Assembly (NCBI GenBank): GCA_002633005.1
Contig: NMRA01000210.1
Span: 1 to 64,000 of the forward strand
DNA: 64,000 bases
Origin: Phoronis australis
Taxonomy: Eukaryota; Animalia; Phoronida
Direction: 5' to 3'
Below, one piece after another: positions 58,401 through 64,000 of the stretch. The position numbers and the translations under genes were made by a program. How positions within the stretch are numbered: the stretch's first letter is position 1; every line of letters begins with the position of its first letter. Below the pieces are notes generated by a model. That model saw only the letters and a list, made by a program, of their open reading frames with translations. It was not told the origin of the DNA and ran no database searches.

Positions 58401-61400
58401 CTAATTCTCTGCTTTTACACGTGCAGGTCAGCTAAGTGCTCAAAAATGCTCTCCTGAACTGTTTGACAGATTGTTCAAGATCTTCCCAGACCTCCTGGTA
58501 AGACATTTGCTTTTCTTGTATATTGGTCATTTTCACAAAAGACGTCGCTTTAGTCGGTTGGCGACTAGTACACGCAGTGTTGGCTTACGCAGTAAACGGT
58601 ACATTGGTAGTTTGCTTACGCGCTGAGCTTTCTGTATCCTTGGCGATTACACTTGACAATGCGCCTATGGAGGAGAGTGAAAACCTGAGCTACTTGTACA
58701 TGTATGCGCATGCGTGCCACCGTTAGCAATTGCTTTGGATTTTCTTTTTCTATTCGATGTACATGTAAACACAATTTGGCTTTAATCTTGTGAATCAAAA
58801 CGTTATCTTGGATAGTTGCAGTGGTCAGCGATTCAAAAAATAGTGTGAGTAATTCGTGGAAATGGATCGATTTATAAAGTCCGTTTCCAATATTTACTGA
58901 CGAGGTTGTGTTTTTCACGAAAATACTGACGTGTGGGAAATTCTGCTTCTGAGTGACTCAATGAACAGGGGGCCCTGCCAAAACGGTACCAGTTCTAATT
59001 TACAGTAATTTAAAGAATGCTTTCCAAATAATGCTCAATATTTTTGTTTGTTTTACATCGCTTACGATACCTCTTCTTAGGAAATCAATAACTAGGTACA
59101 CGTTCAGGCACCGTGTCGCTTCTCTTAATCAAATGTCAACTGGAAACGACGTTTTGAATTCTAGGGAAGAAATTTCACTCCAGCGCTGAGAAGAAAGCAT
59201 GCAGTTGACATGACCATTGTAGTTCAATGGCAACATGAAATAAATTCATTGCAATGTTTAGAATGCCGTTGTCGTCACTTCTCTGGAAAAGCTTGTTCTC
59301 ACATCGTGCTGGTAGCCTTTGGCCAGCACATTCCTGTTCCACTCCCCCTTCTGTGTCACGTAGTCCCAATCTTATAATTTGAGGTAGGCAGCCTTTCTTC
59401 TAACCCTTGAATAATTCTGCTACACGAAAATTCACTCCAACATCATCTTTATAAGTCCTTGTCGGTGCGTGATCGTTCAGGTATCTAACATAATTTATGA
59501 TTCATTTGCAGCATGTTTATGGATGCACCGAGACTCAGGCCATTGGCTGCACAACGAAAGATTATCCCGATAGAGAAACGCGCATAGAAACGGTGGGGCA
59601 CGCGCCGCCGTTTTACGAGGTAGGTTGAGTTAGATTCCAATGCCCTGAGATCAAAGTAGCGTGACTTTCTTGGAAAGTGTTATGATGACGACGACAACGA
59701 CGACGGTGATGGCATATGATGCTGATGACAATGATGATGACAACGATGATGATGACGACAACGGCGACGACGACGACAACATCTGGAAATGTTTGGTAGG
59801 ATTAGTGGACAAACAACTTGCCAAATATTCGAAAGGAGGCTGAACTTTGTAATGATTTCAGTCTCAAACTCATTAGTTAATTGTGGTCATCATAACTGTC
59901 CCTCTTTTCGTCACTCCAATATATACCATATAAAAAATTTAAATTATTCATTTTTTATTCAATCTGTAAATCCAGTTTGATAATACTCTTTAATTTAAGG
60001 TAACTTAATTTAATCTATTTATCTTAATTTATTCAATTTAGTTTTTTGCTGTAGAGGACTGCTGTATATTAGCCTTTGGCTAAAGCATGTTTTATATCTA
60101 TTGCATTTTATCCTCTATAAATAATGTTTTTATTATTATTTTTATATTTAACGCACGAAACTCTTACCTGGGAGCCTGAACTACAACCAAACACAGACCA
60201 TCCTCACTACAGGAAATGTAGAGCTGGCGTGTAAGTTGGTCGCCATGAGACCACTGCACTGTAGTATGAAAAACTGGATCTTAAATAACACATTTAACCA
60301 TCAGCAACTCAGATTTATTTCTATAAGCTCTTAAGGCTGCATTTTGCCCGGTTTAGTTGCACTAAAAACGAAAACTGCATGGGCGCACCCAGTCCAAATT
60401 TTTTAGAATGGGGACCATTTACTAAGATTCACGGGGTTAGGTTCAGAGCTATGAATTGTGCATTAGCCGAATTTTGGTAGTTCCTGCCTTTTTAGTGGAC
60501 TTCGGTCCTGTTTTCTACATTTTTCGGAGTTTTGGCGGAACCTTTTCTCACTTTGCTAAATGAAAGAGCCTCCCTTGGGTGCGCCCATGAATTGAATACA
60601 TCTTCTTCTTTATAAATCCGGAGGCCTAATACTCCTAACCCTAACTTTAGTCTATTTCCGTAACCAACAAGAACGTCGAAACCAGCAGCGGCTCATTTTA
60701 AAAAACACTTTGAAGTTTATTGGGGTTGCCAACCCACTGACAAAAATTGCGAAGTCGAAAATGGCCTGTTACACGTACCTGAATTACCGGCTCCCTCAGA
60801 AACAATTCTAGCTGAGTCATGGTTATCTTTCAAAATCCCAAATTGCTTCGGGGGCTAAGATTTCAACATTGACAAATCAACAAGGTGAAATACAACTTCA
60901 GATAATATATACCATATATTTGACTCGGACAGACATGTGTGAACATGTTTTGCCGTCTTCAGATCAAAGTGATAGGAGATGACGGTCAAGTGGTTGCGAT
61001 CGATACACCAGGCGAGATATGTGTAAAGGGCTGGGCACACATGCACAGCTACTGGAACGATCCCGAACTGACCCAGAAAGCATTCATAAATGGATGGTAT
61101 CACACTGGGTAAGCTATTGAATATTCTTGTTAGTTCTTTACTTTAAAATTACATTCAAGCTCATTGATTTGATGTAATTTAATTGTCAAACACTTAAATT
61201 AAAAATATGGAAGGTGATTTTTGTGATAAACGTTCAAAATGTCAAGTCTTAGTCCAGCTCCTATAAAAACTCAAGCCCTCTTGCGGGGTTTAAATTAGCG
61301 CAAATCCAGCTTTGCATACAATCACTGCACTACCAGAAAATGAAGAGAATTAAAGATGATGTTGTTGTAGTAAACAAGTGCTCCGTGTGAACATAGTACT

Positions 61401-61908
61401 TTACGACTTTAATGACATAATAAGGAAATAATTTAAACACACTTCAAGCCAATTTCGAAATGAATTTCATTTGGTGATGCACCCTTAATTCTAGTAACCA
61501 CACATTTGTCAAGTAAAAAAATCAACGAAATACTGACCTGTGAAAGCCAAATATATTCGATGATGTAATATAATTAATAGTTAATTCAAATTAATCTATG
61601 TCAGATTATTTCAACCTTAGTTCAGTGTAAATTAGAGGTAACAATTCAACCGAATAATAGTCGTGCATACTAATTGTTGCCTTCAGGTAATAATGCTCCA
61701 GTTGGTTATTCTTGTTACTACAGTGATGTACATGTAAATTTTGTGGTGGTATTTATACAGTGACATGGGTACCATGAATTCTGAGGGTATGCTGCGCGTA
61801 CTTGGAAGGAAGGCTGATTCAATACGTTTTAAGCGATATGGGGATGTAGTGTACCCAGCCCCTATAGAAGAGGTTATATTAGATCACCCTAAAGTTAAAG
61901 GGGCTCAG
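39558..61908 (+). CDS. AMP-dependent acyl-CoA synthetase, ACSF2-like, divergent (3' end not found in the window)
   Basis: Phase-consistent exons 39558-39586 (tentative first exon), 46004-46187, 46707-46841, 48858-48908, 51874-51968, 52744-52809, 53945-54062, 54479-54586, 55774-55949, 57747-57838, 58427-58497, 59512-59619, 60963-61108 and 61761-61908. Motifs: SYIH...TTMGQLLD, RLTY, GFLAIGLKKGD, P-loop TTSGSTGLPK, YDLS, YGCTE, ETVG, PGEICVKG, GWYHTGDMG, VLGRKAD, YPAPIEEVILDHPKV. Confidence 0.88.
41026..41220 (+). pseudogene. THAP zinc-finger relic (DNA-transposon derived)
   Basis: From 41043: CIVPACNYDAAKKAGISFFRLP*EPEMLRKWLAVVKNER*...LC, then frameshifted GRHF. This is the C2CH THAP pattern interrupted by stops. 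Confidence 0.7.
42544..42722 (+). pseudogene. THAP zinc-finger relic
   Basis: VKRYTVQ*EQSDNNISVFVFSKGSKITQRWYRLVRWTR, then frameshifted LCSTHFEETCF. Confidence 0.65.
43352..43599. mobile_element. Harbinger-type MITE
   Basis: TIRs GGGCCTGTTCCAAGAAACTGACTTA and TAAGTCAGTTTTGTTAGAACGAGCCC, flanked by CAG on both sides. Confidence 0.75.
43780..45690 (-). mobile_element. 5'-truncated CR1/L2-group LINE, RT-containing ORF2 with frameshifts
   Basis: ORF 45094-45627 has NYRGISLLS, QAGFRKG, AFVDFSKAFD and RQGCMISP. ORF 44094-45080 has LLYADD, VNLKKTK and YKYL. A terminal EDEYHVVLVC motif lies near 44050, with an AATAAA-containing tail near 43800. Confidence 0.93.
46432..46552. repeat. Compound microsatellite (TA)n(TG)n(TATG)n
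   Basis: Directly visible in the sequence. Confidence 0.95.
48354..48427. repeat. Palindromic MITE-like hairpin
   Basis: CATTTCATCTGAGAATGTCC ... GGACATTCCCAGATGAAATG. Confidence 0.7.
49424..49522. repeat. (CT)n-rich polypyrimidine tract
   Basis: Directly visible in the sequence. Confidence 0.9.
49712..49857. mobile_element. Short TIR element with a 5-bp TSD, nested in an older repeat
   Basis: TIRs CATAGGCGGCGCA and TGCGCCGCCCATG; TSD TTACG at 49707-49711 and 49858-49862. Confidence 0.8.
52980..53063 (+). pseudogene. N-terminal THAP-domain relic
   Basis: MVGCCVVGCSAKKVKCRGLSFCNFLST* matches the start of a THAP domain (M-x-x-C-x-V-x-G-C ... SF-x-x-F). Confidence 0.55.
57098..57365. repeat. 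GC-rich ~22-bp minisatellite
   Basis: Unit approximately CAGCATGGGCATCGTGCGGGCA, about 12 degenerate copies. Confidence 0.9.
59682..59780. repeat. (GAT/GAC)n trinucleotide repeat, intronic
   Basis: Directly visible, just after the donor at 59620. Confidence 0.9.
60378..60589. mobile_element. Short TIR element with a near-perfect 5-bp TSD
   Basis: TIRs CATGGGCGCACCCA and TGGGTGCGCCCATG; flanks AACTG and AATTG. Confidence 0.75.
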
Positions 61909-64000
61909 GTAAGTTGCGTTAATGTTATGCCTTGAATTTCCTCAATGCTACATTAACTTCGGTGAAAACACGACTGAAACAAAATCGCTCGTTTGTCAAA
62001 ATAATCTTCTTTCTCAGATGTACAGCAATGTAGCAAAATACGGAGAGACATAACAAACAAACAAATGAAAACTCTAGCAATATTTTGAGACTGCATGTCT
62101 CATCATCTGAGTGTAATGAACAAATACCAAGCGAAATAAACAGTGAAATACACCTGGCAGGGGGAAGAAGGGCTTGCAAGCAGAGAGTTTGAATGTATCA
62201 CATTATAGGAAGCCCACAAGTCAGGGTGCGGTACACAGTTGTTGCTCATTCAACACAGGTTTTTCGTGACTGATAACTAGGGATTCCAAAGTCTTTTGAA
62301 GAAATGTGTCATTTTCAACATAGCGAATGATAGTGTCTTCTATTTCCTGCTTAGTTATTTTTCGGCCATGTTGGTGTACAAAGGGATCTTGAATGGACCC
62401 ACCTTGCAATTTGCATAAACATCCGTCGCGAGGGAGAACACCCCGTGTGTCCAATGTAACACTAATCCCGATAATAAGAACGAAGACATTCGCACAATAA
62501 TAAGAACAAAGACATTCGTCCATATGACATGTGAATTCATTTGGTAAACAGCATTACGTTTGGCCACTGGTCGTAATCTTTCACGACTGGGGTTGGTTTT
62601 CAAACAAAACGTTTAGTCGTGTTTTCAACTAAGTTTGCGTTAACGAAGGGCTGCTACCGAACTACATTTATAATGCTATATTAATTAAAGAGCCCTGGAA
62701 CGCGATATACAGGATAAATTGATTGCAACATTGAAAGTGGTTCTCTGCCACTGAAGCAGAATTCATACTGCTCACCGGGTATTTTTACGTTTTTTTGTAG
62801 AGATCTTTGATTTCTGTTGATATCAAAGCATTTTGTTTTAGTTTCACATTAAAAATAACGATCTATCAACTGCTCGTCACTTCGCCAATGTTTCTCCCAC
62901 AAGGCAAAGCACGTCTTCGTATTTGGTATGGTAAGACATAGATGCAGGACATTTCCCCTATATGGAAAATGTTACCATTTACCTCAATCGAATTTAAGCA
63001 ACTGACTGTGAGCGCATGCGCGCATTCATTGTGAGTGGAGGGAGATTAGAAACTCTTTGGTAACTACAGAGTTAATTCCATTGCGCGTATTTCAAAAATC
63101 GTGAATTTTGTGATTTTTCTCTGGAAAATTTCTCACGTGGGAAAGTGAATTACATGTACCTTACTAGACGTTGCGAGATGGCACTTTCTTCAGGAATTGT
63201 TTAAAAGATATTTTTGACGATCTTTCGCGTTCCATGCCTCTTTAAGGGGTTTCGTATAGGGCCTGTGTAGACTAGCTTTGTGCGCTGTACCGAGTGGGCC
63301 GAAATTGGGCTGATACTCACGAAGGCAAAACTTTGCTGCGTGCAGGGTGGGCATAGGCACTGTGTAGGTTATATGTTAGCGTTTTCGTCCGTACTATGTT
63401 GTGTAGGTATGACGTATAGTAGCGTAGTTTCACGTGGAATTGCATGCACTTGTGTGAAACCTAAACACTGTTTGCACCTAGTGATTTATGCCGTAAGTAT
63501 ATCAATACGCTTATTTGTATTAAAGGCCTCTGGCCCAAAATACAATAAACACGAATTAAACAGGCACGTTTGCGCACGCAGTCAACCCATTTAAGAGTTT
63601 TTCTCTTCTTTTAAGGGCAAACTACACATATTTAACAACATATAGATCTGGATTAGCAAGCAGGCGTCATAAAACGTCACAATATCTTCTGCAAATCAAC
63701 AGGAAGTGGTATTCATCCTCTACAAGACCATCATTGCAAATCAAACATAATCTATTATATTATTCCACTTTATCGTGTCTACCTACTTCCACTTGTAGTC
63801 TGTGGTTGGAGCAAAGTAACTGAGTAAACACTTTAATAAGACTATTATGTAACTGTAAATTAAGACATGGATTGAAACGGTACAGAGTTTTAAAGTTACA
63901 GTAGTATTTAAAGGAGCATGCACCCCAAAAAACAACCTAATTTGTATCAATTTAGATCGAGTAGTTCTACTCCATAACGACACGTACGGTTGCGTTACCT

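Noticed and set aside
59661-59843. Poly-Asp acidic protein ORF
   Set aside because: Translation of an intronic GAT/GAC microsatellite with no splice support.

Overview
AT-rich, intron-rich eukaryotic DNA that reads like a marine invertebrate genome. The raw ORF track is mostly spurious, so genes were assembled by hand from GT-AG exons. Left half (1-30 kb): four compact housekeeping genes in two divergent pairs. These are mitochondrial glutamyl-tRNA synthetase EARS2 (-, 3' exons not found in the window) head-to-head with mitochondrial import co-chaperone DNAJC19/TIM14 (+), then a DHHC palmitoyltransferase (-) head-to-head with the O-mannosyltransferase TMTC4 (+). Right half (39.5-64 kb): a long, divergent ACSF2-like acyl-CoA synthetase gene (+, 3' end not found in the window) whose introns hold LINE fragments, THAP-domain transposon relics and MITEs. 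The most striking element is a complete 542-bp non-coding LTR retroelement (TRIM) at 12468-13009. It has TG...CA LTRs that each contain a tRNA-like Pol III A/B-box module, a tRNA-Ser primer-binding site, a polypurine tract and a 4-bp target-site duplication. All calls come from manual reading and translation; no database search was run.
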